DNA of 64,000 nt. It comes from an uncultured Bacilli bacterium (GTDB lineage Bacteria > Bacillota_I > Bacilli_A > RFN20 > CAG-449). This document shows, piece after piece, positions 38,049 to 47,501 of the stretch. The translations under genes and the position numbers were made by a program. The notes beneath the pieces are model-generated. The model had not been told where the DNA came from. It saw nothing but the letters and a program-made list of their open reading frames with translations, and made no database searches. Location of the stretch: positions 6,318 through 70,317 of the forward strand of contig CANQTY010000002.1 of the NCBI GenBank assembly GCA_947626895.1, given 5' to 3'. Position 1 is the first letter of the stretch. Every line of letters begins with the position of its first letter.

Positions 38049-40580
38049 TTACTTCATTTTTTTAATGATATAATCGGTATCATCATAGAAATTCGTAGTA
38101 CATTCTACGACATAATCTTTATCGAAGAAAGTTCTTACTAAACCCACTAAAAGATACTTGTTCCAAGGATAATCAAATGAAGGTAATCCGAAATATCCAT
38201 TAAAGGTATTTGTATCGATAGAATCTGCATTCAAGAAGAGTAAATCTAAAAGCTTTTTCACTTCATTAATCTTCTCTTTTTGTCTTGAAAAACGCGACTT
38301 TTTAACCATCGTATCCATATTGACTTGAACATAATCATCACTCATTTCATCCATGAAGGATAAATAGCTATATAATCCACGCATATTTAGTTTAGCACTA
38401 TAATTTTTAATCGTTTTAAAATCAAATTTATCTAACGTCTTCACATAGTTTTTAATGACCGTATGAGCATTTCTATAACCTTGATTTTCTGTGGAAATGA
38501 TTGGTCTACTATAGAAATATTTATCTTTAAAATAATACTTAATTAAGGAGAATAAAGCATATTGATCATAAGCGATTTTTAATCCATCAAGAAGTTCTTT
38601 ATGATCTGTAGCGAGTTTTGCATAAATCTTTCTTGAAGTAATGATTTTTGTATCCATTTCATTCATCAATTCATCAATATAATTTCCCAATTTTTCGACT
38701 GCATCTAAATCAATAGAAACATTTTTAAGATAAATGAAACGATTATAGGCTAAACAAATTAAGCCATTTTGTTCTTCTTTATAGATTAAGGTATAAATCG
38801 TATAATCTTTAATTCCTATAAACTTTTCTTTTAATTCTTCAAGAGTGAAACTACCTTGATAGGATTGCATCGCATGAATGATTGATTCTCCACTTGTAAC
38901 AAAGACATCACCAATAGATATATAATCTCTTTTGGTATTAAATTCGCTTCCTAATAAGGGATCAAGAACGCCCTTTAAGTAATAACGATTGCTAATTCCA
39001 AGCGCGGTTAATGGTTCTTTAAAATGTTCAAAAACCGATAAATAATAGACCATTGGTTTACTTTGCAAGATGTAATTTACAATTTCATCTTTTAATTCTT
39101 CATCAAGCGTTAAACAACTTTCTCTATTTCTATAAGTGCCTTTATCTATTTGACAATAAGATGCTCTTTCTAAATATCCTTGAATTGAATGAGGTGAAGG
39201 AATTTCATTATTCTTTCCATATTTCTTTTCAAATATTTCTTTTAATTTGGCATATTGAGCATTATTTCCTAATTTATACCCATCTGGATATAAAGAATCG
39301 ATTAAATCAAGCATTAAATCTTTAATCGAAGTTCCATTTTTTAAATAGATGCCCTTTTGGTATTCATGATAATGAAATTGAATTAAATTCTTTTTAAAAT
39401 TCGATAATGTAGAAATTTCTTCTTGACCTAAAGAATTTCCTAATTCATGAAGGGTATCTTTTACTAATTCTTCTTCATTTAATTCTTCTTTATTAAAGAT
39501 GATTTGTAATTCAGTATCAAAATGAATATTAAAATCTAAAACTTTCATGACTAATAAAGCACAATAAGCGACATAAATATCTTTAATATAGGAAATAAAA
39601 CTTGCTTCCTCTATAAAGCTTTTATGCTCTACATTTACATAGTTATATAAAGCAGTGACGATTTCTTTTACTTTACTTCCATGCTCATTTAAGATATTTA
39701 AAGCTTTTGCTTCAATTTGACGAATTCTTTCTCTTGATAAATTATTTTGATTACCTAAGGCTTCAAGGGTTAAAGGTTCTACATCACCAAAGCCAAAACG
39801 CGCATAAATTACTTCTCTTTGTAAAGGACTTAATAAATTAAAGAACTCGATGATTTTATTTTTATATGTCGATTTAAAGCTCTCTTGCAAAAGTGCTAAA
39901 TTAGAAATCATATCATCGACATGATTGCCCAAAATCAATAAAAGTGAATCGATAGAACAATTCTTTAAATCTTTAATAAAATTGATTCCGTTTGCAAACA
40001 TGATATCTAAAATTAAACGATTTTCAATAATATAACTCAAAGGAAAATCATTATAATCTAGACTTACTTTATCTAAAGCTTCACTTAACGCGCGGGTCCT
40101 TTCTAGATAATTAAGATACATATCAAAGAACAAGGCATCATAATAATCTAAAGGATAAGAAGCTTCTTCTTTAATTAATGCTAATCTTAAAGAATAATAA
40201 TCCATTAACATAAATGGAGCTTTACCAATGAAAGAAGAAAGCTCTGAAATTAAAGTATTTTTATCTTTTAAAACATCACTTGCTAAACTATCTTGGAATC
40301 TTTTTAAATGCTTAAAACAAGTCCATTGATCATCTTTTAAAGTGACATATAAAGTGGAAACACGTCTTGCTTTAACCGCGAAATGTTCCTCGATAAACTT
40401 TCTTAAATTCTTTTGGTTTACAGAACCATATATTTCATCTAAATATAAGGTTAACTGTTCCAAGGTGGCAACATCATGATTACCAATAAATAAGGCACAT
40501 TTAAAGAATAAATATCGTTCTTCAATATAAAATGATGGATAACTATCAATGCGCCTAGCAAAAAAAACATCATTACTCAT
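38049..40580 (-). CDS. Large (843 aa) hypothetical protein containing a primary-sigma-like region 4.2 HTH but no recognisable sigma regions 2/3.
   Basis: [48 protein letters not shown] aligns with sigma-70 r4.2 (LTAREAKVLRMRFGI…[27 protein letters not shown]). Nothing else in the protein is recognisable. Confidence 0.55.
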   Translation of the reverse strand: [843 protein letters not shown]

Positions 40581-40701
40581 ACAACAACCCTCATATTTAA
40601 TAATACAACAAAATAGAAAATTAAAATAGAAAATAATTGAGATTTTTGTGAAATTTTTTTAAGACTAGTTGAAAATTTATGATATTTTATACAAAAAAAC
40701 A

Positions 40702-41901
40702 TTAATAATCTCCATTTAGAAAGTAAGCAATATCAATGATTTTAATTCCTTCATAAATCATTTCATCATGATGTGTCCTTGCAATAATCATCTTAGGATA
40801 AGCATCTTTAATCGCAAGTAAGGACTTATATTCTCTTTCAAAAGTATGTGGATCATCTAAAAAATCACATACTTGAATATAAAGTTTTTGTGCTTGTTTT
40901 ATGGCGACAAAATCAATTTCTTTATCATAAAGTTTACCAATATAAACATCATATCCCCTTCTTAATAGTTCAATATAAACCATATTTTCATAAGCTCTAC
41001 CATAATCCATATTTACTGTACCCGTTAGAGCATATTTAAAAGCAACATCACATAAATAATATTTAAAGCTACTTTCTAAATATTTTTTCCCTCGAACATC
41101 ATATCGCTTTACTTTATAAAACATAAAGGAATTTTCAAAGAAGGAAATATATTTATCTACAGTTTTTCTTGTAATATCACTTTTATTTTGCGTATTTAAA
41201 CTATTGGCAATGTTATTTGGTGATATTAAATTTCCAATATTTGCCATCATATAGCGGGAAACTAGAAGTAAATCATTTACTTTTTTAATCTTATATTTAT
41301 CAATTAAATCCTTAATTAATATCGTATTATAAACATTTTTAAGATGAGTTAATTTTTCTTCTTCAGAATATAGAAAATTTTCGCTCATTCCCCCGTACAT
41401 CAAATAAGAAAAAAGCATTTCATCAACTTTATCTTCCATATGAAAATACTCTAAATATTCATGATATGAAAAAGGAAACACCTCTATATCCATAACTCTA
41501 CCTGAAAATAAAGTAGCTAAATCTGAAGTCAAAAGGAAAGCATTAGAACCTGTAATATAAATATCAAATAAATTCTTAGAATGCAAACTATTGATAGCTA
41601 ATTCAAATTGAGAACAAAGTTCAACCTCATCAATTAAAACAACATTATGTTTATTCTTTTGATAATGATCCATAACATACTGATGCAAAGCATGATAAGA
41701 AAGTAAAGATGCATTTTCTAATTCTTGAAGATTAATAAAAATTATATTGGCATCTTTTTCATTTTCCTTTAAATAATCTATAAATTGAGATAAAAGAACA
41801 GATTTTCCACATCGTCGAATTCCTGTAATAACCTTAATCGATGGAGTATTACTTAAGCGAATCATTTTGTCTAAATATCTTTTTCGAATAATATATTTCA
41901 T
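40702..41901 (-). CDS. AAA+ ATPase of the AAA_14/DUF4143 family.
   Basis: N-terminal KVITGIRRCGKSVL Walker A, LIDEVE Walker B and a DUF4143-like C-terminus. Confidence 0.6.
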   Translation of the reverse strand: MKYIIRKRYLDKMIRLSNTPSIKVITGIRRCGKSVLLSQFIDYLKENEKDANIIFINLQELENASLLSYHALHQYVMDHYQKNKHNVVLIDEVELCSQFELAINSLHSKNLFDIYITGSNAFLLTSDLATLFSGRVMDIEVFPFSYHEYLEYFHMEDKVDEMLFSYLMYGGMSENFLYSEEEKLTHLKNVYNTILIKDLIDKYKIKKVNDLLLVSRYMMANIGNLISPNNIANSLNTQNKSDITRKTVDKYISFFENSFMFYKVKRYDVRGKKYLESSFKYYLCDVAFKYALTGTVNMDYGRAYENMVYIELLRRGYDVYIGKLYDKEIDFVAIKQAQKLYIQVCDFLDDPHTFEREYKSLLAIKDAYPKMIIARTHHDEMIYEGIKIIDIAYFLNGDY

Positions 41902-42389
41902 CTTTCATTCCCACTTTCTTAATTTTTTTTATTTTTTGGTAATTAAATATTAACATAAGTATTTTTAAATTACTATAATTTATTTTAATTCATATAGAAT
42001 CTCATTATTCAAATATAAGTTAAAATGAAGATATAAAAAGCATTAACCCATTTCAAATGTAATTAATTAATCCCTTGATTTAGGAATTATTAATTGAAAC
42101 AATTTTTAAAATTGTAAATTAAAAGCACTATCTTTAATAATTACATATAAGCACAAACATTAAAAAAATGATTTAACTAGTTCATTATAAATGAATTCCC
42201 ATTTTTTTATTTTTTTTCATATTTTGGGAATAGACTTTTAAAAATTTTTAAAAATGAAATTAAAACTCTATCAATTTAGCAAAGAAAATTGCATAAAAAA
42301 AGCAGTCATCAATTGGTTTGTTAGTGCGTTCCTTAGATTGGTGATTGCTTTTATTATCCGTGAGTAAAAGAACTAAATCTTTTACTTCT

Positions 42390-42647
42390 TTAAATTAAAG
42401 AAAATAAGAAGATATTTTCTTCAAGTTTTTCTCTTTTTCCCTTTTTTGCATAGATAAATCCACTTAAAAAGTCGATGATTCTAAATCGACCAATTTCTTG
42501 CATATTACTTACATTGACTATCACATTATGTCCAGATTCTAAACATTCAATAATTTTCGATAAATCTTTATAAGCATTTGGAAAAAATACACAAGGTGTA
42601 GAATATTCTTTTTCTTGATGAACAATCCTATCTTTATAATTAGACAT
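42390..42647 (-). CDS. sepF: Minimal SepF-like (DUF552) protein consisting of the core domain only.
   Basis: GHNVIVNVSNMQEIGRFRIIDFLSGFIYAKKGKREKLEENIFLFS parallels the SepF C-terminal domain (…VVVNLQ…RIVDFLSGTVYAIGG…IFLCTP). 85 aa. Confidence 0.55.
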   Translation of the reverse strand: MSNYKDRIVHQEKEYSTPCVFFPNAYKDLSKIIECLESGHNVIVNVSNMQEIGRFRIIDFLSGFIYAKKGKREKLEENIFLFSLI

Positions 42648-43419
42648 ATTTTTTTAAAATCTTTAATGCCCCCTTTTCTAAACGTGAGACTTGTGCTTGA
42701 GAAATATGAAGTCTACTTGCGATTTCTATTTGTGATTTTCCTTCAAAATAACGTGAATGAATAATATCTTTTTCAAGAGGAGATAATTTTTCAATACCTT
42801 CATATAAATAACGATACGTAGATTTCTTTTCTTCTTCTAGACTAGCAAGGGTATCTTGAAGTAAAAGTGAATCATCAAAATCATTAAAAATAGGGTCTTC
42901 TAAACTTTGTAAGGGCAAATTGACATCGATTGCCTCGATTACTTTATTTTTGGAAGCATCTACCATTTTTGATAATTCTTCAATACTTGGAAGATAACCA
43001 TATTCATTTAAAGAATCTTCTTTTGCTTTTAAAAGGCGATAAGATAAATCTTTGACTTGTCTAGATACTCTTAAAAAAGAATCATCTCTTAAGTAACGAC
43101 GAATTTCCCCTTCTATCATTGGGACTGCATAGGTCGAAAAAGCAACATCTAGAGATAGATCAAAATGATCGATTGCTTTTAATAATCCAATAAATCCAAC
43201 TTGAAATAAATCATCTAAATTGTCAGTACGTTTGGCAAAGCGATTGACTACACTTAAGACGAGTTTAATGTTTCCATAAGCAACTTCTTCACGAGCATCT
43301 TTATTTCCTTTTTGTACTTCTTTTAATAATTCTAATGTCTTTTTTCCTGATAAAGACTTAATGCGATTTGTATCAATAAAGCTAATATTGACTTTATTTT
43401 TTGCCATATTTTCACCCAA
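42640..43419 (-). CDS. sigG: Sporulation sigma factor sigma-G.
   Basis: MAKNKVNISFIDT…GNIKLVLSVVNRF matches the SigG N-terminus. Located downstream of sigE. Confidence 0.85.
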   Translation of the reverse strand: MGENMAKNKVNISFIDTNRIKSLSGKKTLELLKEVQKGNKDAREEVAYGNIKLVLSVVNRFAKRTDNLDDLFQVGFIGLLKAIDHFDLSLDVAFSTYAVPMIEGEIRRYLRDDSFLRVSRQVKDLSYRLLKAKEDSLNEYGYLPSIEELSKMVDASKNKVIEAIDVNLPLQSLEDPIFNDFDDSLLLQDTLASLEEEKKSTYRYLYEGIEKLSPLEKDIIHSRYFEGKSQIEIASRLHISQAQVSRLEKGALKILKKYV

Positions 43420-43438
43420 AAATTATTTTGGGCAAAAG

Positions 43439-44167
43439 TTATTTTTTTAAACATACCTTTAATTTTTTAATGATTCTTTTTTCTAATCGAGAGATATAAG
43501 ATTGGCTAATTCCTAGCATTTCCGCGGTTTCTTTTTGCGTGTATTCTTTCATTCCATTTAAGCCAAAACGCATGGATAAAATTTGTTTTTCTCTTGGTCT
43601 TAATGTCTCAATTGCGTCATAGAGTTCTTTTTTTTCTTCGTCTTCATTAATTTCATCTAGAACTTTATTTTCCGATTCAGAAAGAATATCCCCAAGAAGT
43701 AATTCATTTCCATCATAATCACATTTCAAGGGTTCATCTAAAGAGACTTCATTTTTTCTTTTCGCCTTCTTTCTTAAATACATTAAGATTTCATTTTCAA
43801 TACATCTTGAAGCATAGGTAGCTAATTTAATATTTTTATCTTGTTTAAAAGTTTGTATCGCTTTAACAAGTCCTAAAGTTCCAATAGAAATTAAATCTTC
43901 AAGATTATATAAATCCGTTTCATACCGTTTTGCTACATAGACGACAAGTCTTAAATTATGCTCAATTAAGCGGTTTCTTGCAGTTAAACTTCCTAAATAA
44001 TATTCTTTTAATGCTTCCTCTTCTTCTTCCTTCTCTAGAGGGGAAGGAAGGGATTCAGAGCCATTAATATAATCGACATCTTGGTCGAGCAAACCAAAAA
44101 AACGCATTATTACATCTTTTAGCATATTTCCCCCTTTATTTAAAAGATATAAGCATTTAATAGACAT
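43439..44167 (-). CDS. sigE: Sporulation sigma factor pro-sigma-E. The true start is probably MLKDVIM at 44125.
   Basis: Pro-sequence …FFGLLDQDVDYINGSESLPSPL matches pro-σE (…YYIGGSEALPPPL). Follows spoIIGA. Confidence 0.85.
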   Translation of the reverse strand: MSIKCLYLLNKGGNMLKDVIMRFFGLLDQDVDYINGSESLPSPLEKEEEEEALKEYYLGSLTARNRLIEHNLRLVVYVAKRYETDLYNLEDLISIGTLGLVKAIQTFKQDKNIKLATYASRCIENEILMYLRKKAKRKNEVSLDEPLKCDYDGNELLLGDILSESENKVLDEINEDEEKKELYDAIETLRPREKQILSMRFGLNGMKEYTQKETAEMLGISQSYISRLEKRIIKKLKVCLKK

Positions 44168-44907
44168 TTACAGCCGTGAAATTCTTCTTGTTTTTGATTA
44201 AAGGCAACATAGACAAAATAACTATCTTTTTTACCTTTGATTGTCAGTAATCCTTTGGTTCCTAAAATAAAACTAGATCCAGTTAAAGTGTTAAAGGGAA
44301 TCTTTTCCTTAAATAAAGAAGAATCCATTTCATTTTTCATATTTCCAATAAAAATCACTGGTGTATTTTTATAACGCAAAGTATTTCCCGTATCAAAATA
44401 AGCATTAAAAACATAACTTTTTTGATTGATTGTTAATTCTACTTCTTGGATATAATTTCTTAAATGAAAATATTTGTCCACGAATAAAGAAGATAGACAC
44501 ATAAAAATGCCCCATATAGGAATCCATAAAGAAAGCAAGATTCCCTTCGGGGAATAAATCATCATAAACGCATGATAAAAGTGGATTCCTTCATTTAAAC
44601 TAGCTAAAAATAAAGAAATTCCAAAATAAAAGAAATAATAAATCATTAAATGAGTGAACACTTTTCTTTTAAAAAGAAGTATTCCAAAAGAAATCGTAAA
44701 AGTAAAATAACATAGATAAGATAGCACCTGATCTATGTAAATAAAAAAGAAAAAAAGTGCATGGAAAAGAACAAATAGGATAGATAATCCTTTAGAAAAT
44801 TCTTGATTTACAAGCACTTTTAATGAAATAAAAGAGGTACATCCTAAAAGTAACGACACTAGAACACTTAAATCTAAATATAGATTCATAAGATCACCTA
44901 GGATCAT
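44140..44907 (-). CDS. spoIIGA: Sigma-E processing aspartic peptidase SpoIIGA. The start is possibly MNLYL at 44889.
   Basis: 5 N-terminal TM helices and the C-terminal FDTGNTL active-site motif. Confidence 0.8.
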   Translation of the reverse strand: MILGDLMNLYLDLSVLVSLLLGCTSFISLKVLVNQEFSKGLSILFVLFHALFFFFIYIDQVLSYLCYFTFTISFGILLFKRKVFTHLMIYYFFYFGISLFLASLNEGIHFYHAFMMIYSPKGILLSLWIPIWGIFMCLSSLFVDKYFHLRNYIQEVELTINQKSYVFNAYFDTGNTLRYKNTPVIFIGNMKNEMDSSLFKEKIPFNTLTGSSFILGTKGLLTIKGKKDSYFVYVAFNQKQEEFHGCKCLLNAYIF

Positions 44908-44962
44908 TATATAAGATGTGAATTTATTATTTTGTCGAAATAAAGTTTACTTAAATTATTTT

Positions 44963-45247
44963 TTATCCGTGTAATCCGCGAGATTGACGATCCATATCTT
45001 CGACGACAATATCATAGATTTCCCCAAGAGAGGAACAATATTCTAAAACTTTCCAGGGTTCATTCGTATGGAAATGAATTTTAATGAGTTCTTCATCGCC
45101 GACTGCAAGTAAGCAATCTCCTTTGAAGTTTTCATTAAAATAATCACTAATTTTATCCTCGTCTAAATTTTTTCCTTCAATTAATAATTGAGTGTCATAA
45201 CGAAATTCCATATAGTTCTCCTTTCTAATCTTCGTCATATTGACCAT
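44963..45247 (-). CDS. Hypothetical 94-aa protein that resembles an internal segment of DAK2/FakA-type proteins. Possible stand-alone domain or gene remnant.
   Basis: GDCLLAVGDEELIKIHFHTNEPWKVLEYCSSLGEIYDIVVEDMDRQ is similar to the …GDSLVVVGDEDLVKVHVHT…GEL…I.NMR.Q region. Its stop overlaps the ftsZ start region. Confidence 0.3.
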   Translation of the reverse strand: MVNMTKIRKENYMEFRYDTQLLIEGKNLDEDKISDYFNENFKGDCLLAVGDEELIKIHFHTNEPWKVLEYCSSLGEIYDIVVEDMDRQSRGLHG

Positions 45248-46316
45248 CTAAAAATGATGGTAAAATGCCTTCATCTTCGTCTTCTTCTGTAATTTCTTCT
45301 TCCTCATCTTTTTTAAAATCATCTTTAGGAAGAATTGGTTGAATTGGTTCATTTGGATTAAAATCATCACTTAATTCTGTCGCGATTACTGAGACATACA
45401 TCTCATCATTTAATTCGGAATTTTGTTGAATTCCCAGGACGATATTAATTGAGCCTCCCGCGGCCTCGGTGATATAATTTACAACTTCTTGAGTTTCATA
45501 CATCGTCACTTCACTACCAAAAGTGATATTAACTATCGCGGATTTTGCACCCGTAATACCTGCCTCAAGTAAGGGCGATGATATTGCAGATGTAACAGCA
45601 TCTACAGCCTTTTTTTCACCTTTCCCTGAGCCAAATCCAATTAGAGCAAGACCTTTATTTTGTAAACCATTACGAATATCATTTAAATCAAGATTAATGA
45701 TTCCTTTCACTAAGATGATATCAGTGATGGTTTTTACCGATTGAGTTAAAATTTTATCTGCTTCAAGAAAAGCATCTTTTAAAGGACGATTTCCATTAAT
45801 CATCATGAGCTTATCATTGCTGACAATTAAAATAGAATCGACAACTTCTTTTAAGTTTTTAATTCCCTCGATTGCTAAAGTTCTTCTTTTTTCTCCTTCA
45901 AAAGCAAAAGGACGAGTGACAATCGCAATGGTAAGGGCACCTGCATCTTTAGCAATTCTAGCGATGACGGGAGACGCACCTGTGCCAGTTCCACCTCCCA
46001 TACCCGCGGCGATAAAGACGATATCTGCACCCTCGACAATGTCTTTAATGTCTTTTTCCGTAGCCTCCGCGGCTTTTTTACCAATTTCAGGATCTCCACC
46101 TGCGCCATGACCATCGGTGATATCTTTCCCAAGTAAAACCTTATGTTCCGCGCACGAAGAAGAAAGTACTTGTTTATCTGTATTAAATACCCAAAAATCG
46201 ATGTCGTGCATATGTTCTTCAATCATACGTTCTACCGCATTATTTCCTGCACCTCCAACACCGATTACAACGATCTTTTTATAAGAATCGAAAGCATCAT
46301 AATTAACTTGATCCAT
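45225..46316 (-). CDS. ftsZ: Cell division protein FtsZ.
   Basis: GVGGAGNNAV and NTDKQ…GAGG tubulin signature (GGGTGTG). Confidence 0.95.
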   Translation of the reverse strand: MDQVNYDAFDSYKKIVVIGVGGAGNNAVERMIEEHMHDIDFWVFNTDKQVLSSSCAEHKVLLGKDITDGHGAGGDPEIGKKAAEATEKDIKDIVEGADIVFIAAGMGGGTGTGASPVIARIAKDAGALTIAIVTRPFAFEGEKRRTLAIEGIKNLKEVVDSILIVSNDKLMMINGNRPLKDAFLEADKILTQSVKTITDIILVKGIINLDLNDIRNGLQNKGLALIGFGSGKGEKKAVDAVTSAISSPLLEAGITGAKSAIVNITFGSEVTMYETQEVVNYITEAAGGSINIVLGIQQNSELNDEMYVSVIATELSDDFNPNEPIQPILPKDDFKKDEEEEITEEDEDEGILPSFLDGQYDED

Positions 46317-47490
46317 TTTTTGCCTCCCTTACTAAGTCAAATTCATTGACTTCCTTTTTTTCCTCTACTTCTTGGCGTAATTTCTTAAGAATTTCATCTT
46401 TTTGTGTCGCATAAGTAATTGCCCCTAAAAGGGAAATATAATTTGCAGAACGTGCTCCAAAACTATATGGAATTGGACGATATACATCAAGTTCTAGAGC
46501 TTTTGAAAAATATTCTTGTACGCCTTTTAAATTAAATCCTCCTCCTATTAAGATAAGAGGGATTTTTCTTTCCTCATTTTTCATATTGAGTTTTACAAAA
46601 GATTTAAATTTTTCAATTAAAGTATCTAAATAATCTTTAATCACTTTAGCATGTTTTGATAAAGTGATGCCTTTTTTAATTTCATAATCAAATTTTGGAT
46701 CTTCATCAAGGCCATATAAACATTTACTTGCTTCTGCTTCTAAAAAATCCATATTACAATTACTTGCAATTTCTTTTGTTAAAAGTGAGCCACTAAAACG
46801 AACAATTTTACTAACTAAAACCTCATAACCTCCATGGACTAAAGAAAAAGTAGTAACATTTTCACCCATATCTATCATGAAGTAAGTTGTAGGTAAATTT
46901 TCACTTGTAGCTAAATATCTTCCTGCACTAAATGGGGATACCATGTAATTCGTCACTTTAATTCCTGCACTATTAAAGATTGCATCATAAAAGTCTTTCA
47001 TCGCTTTATAAATTGCATAATGTCGGACATGAGTTTCAATCGCCTTAGCTTTTTTCCCAATTGGAGGAATTGTATAACGTTCTCCATTATCTAAAATATA
47101 TAAATATGGGACAGAATCAATAATTGTAGAATTAAGAGAAACATCCATGTTTTTTGCATAATCTATAGCGTTTCTTACATCCATAGCATCGATAATTTCT
47201 CCTAAATGAGTTCTTGTACTTCCTTTATTTTGTATCGATTCAAGTTCAAAAGGTGGAATCACCACATTTGCGCCCATAATCTGAATATTTAAAGCCTTTT
47301 GAGCTTCTTCTTTTAAGGATTTAAGGGCATTAGCGCATTCATTAACATCTTTTAAAATTCCATTTTCTGAACTTAAAGCCTTTGATTCTAACGCATGCAA
47401 AACATAAACCTTACCGTTTAACATATAACCGATAAGCATACGGATTTTATTTGATGCCATTTCAAATGCGACGTAACGTTTGCTTTCCAT
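46303..47490 (-). CDS. ftsA: Cell division protein FtsA.
   Basis: Actin-like ATPase with the SHS2 insert, located upstream of ftsZ. Confidence 0.9.
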   Translation of the reverse strand: MESKRYVAFEMASNKIRMLIGYMLNGKVYVLHALESKALSSENGILKDVNECANALKSLKEEAQKALNIQIMGANVVIPPFELESIQNKGSTRTHLGEIIDAMDVRNAIDYAKNMDVSLNSTIIDSVPYLYILDNGERYTIPPIGKKAKAIETHVRHYAIYKAMKDFYDAIFNSAGIKVTNYMVSPFSAGRYLATSENLPTTYFMIDMGENVTTFSLVHGGYEVLVSKIVRFSGSLLTKEIASNCNMDFLEAEASKCLYGLDEDPKFDYEIKKGITLSKHAKVIKDYLDTLIEKFKSFVKLNMKNEERKIPLILIGGGFNLKGVQEYFSKALELDVYRPIPYSFGARSANYISLLGAITYATQKDEILKKLRQEVEEKKEVNEFDLVREAKNGSS

Positions 47491-47501
47491 GATTCTCCTT
47501 T

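Noticed and set aside
39053-41039. Short plus-strand ORFs (90 and 63 aa) within the 843-aa and AAA ATPase genes
   Set aside because: They lie antisense to longer, domain-bearing ORFs and are AT-rich, low-complexity translations.
45523-46349. Several small ORFs on both strands inside ftsZ
   Set aside because: FtsZ is unambiguous here. The alternative-frame ORFs are products of GC-richer Gly/Ala codon runs.
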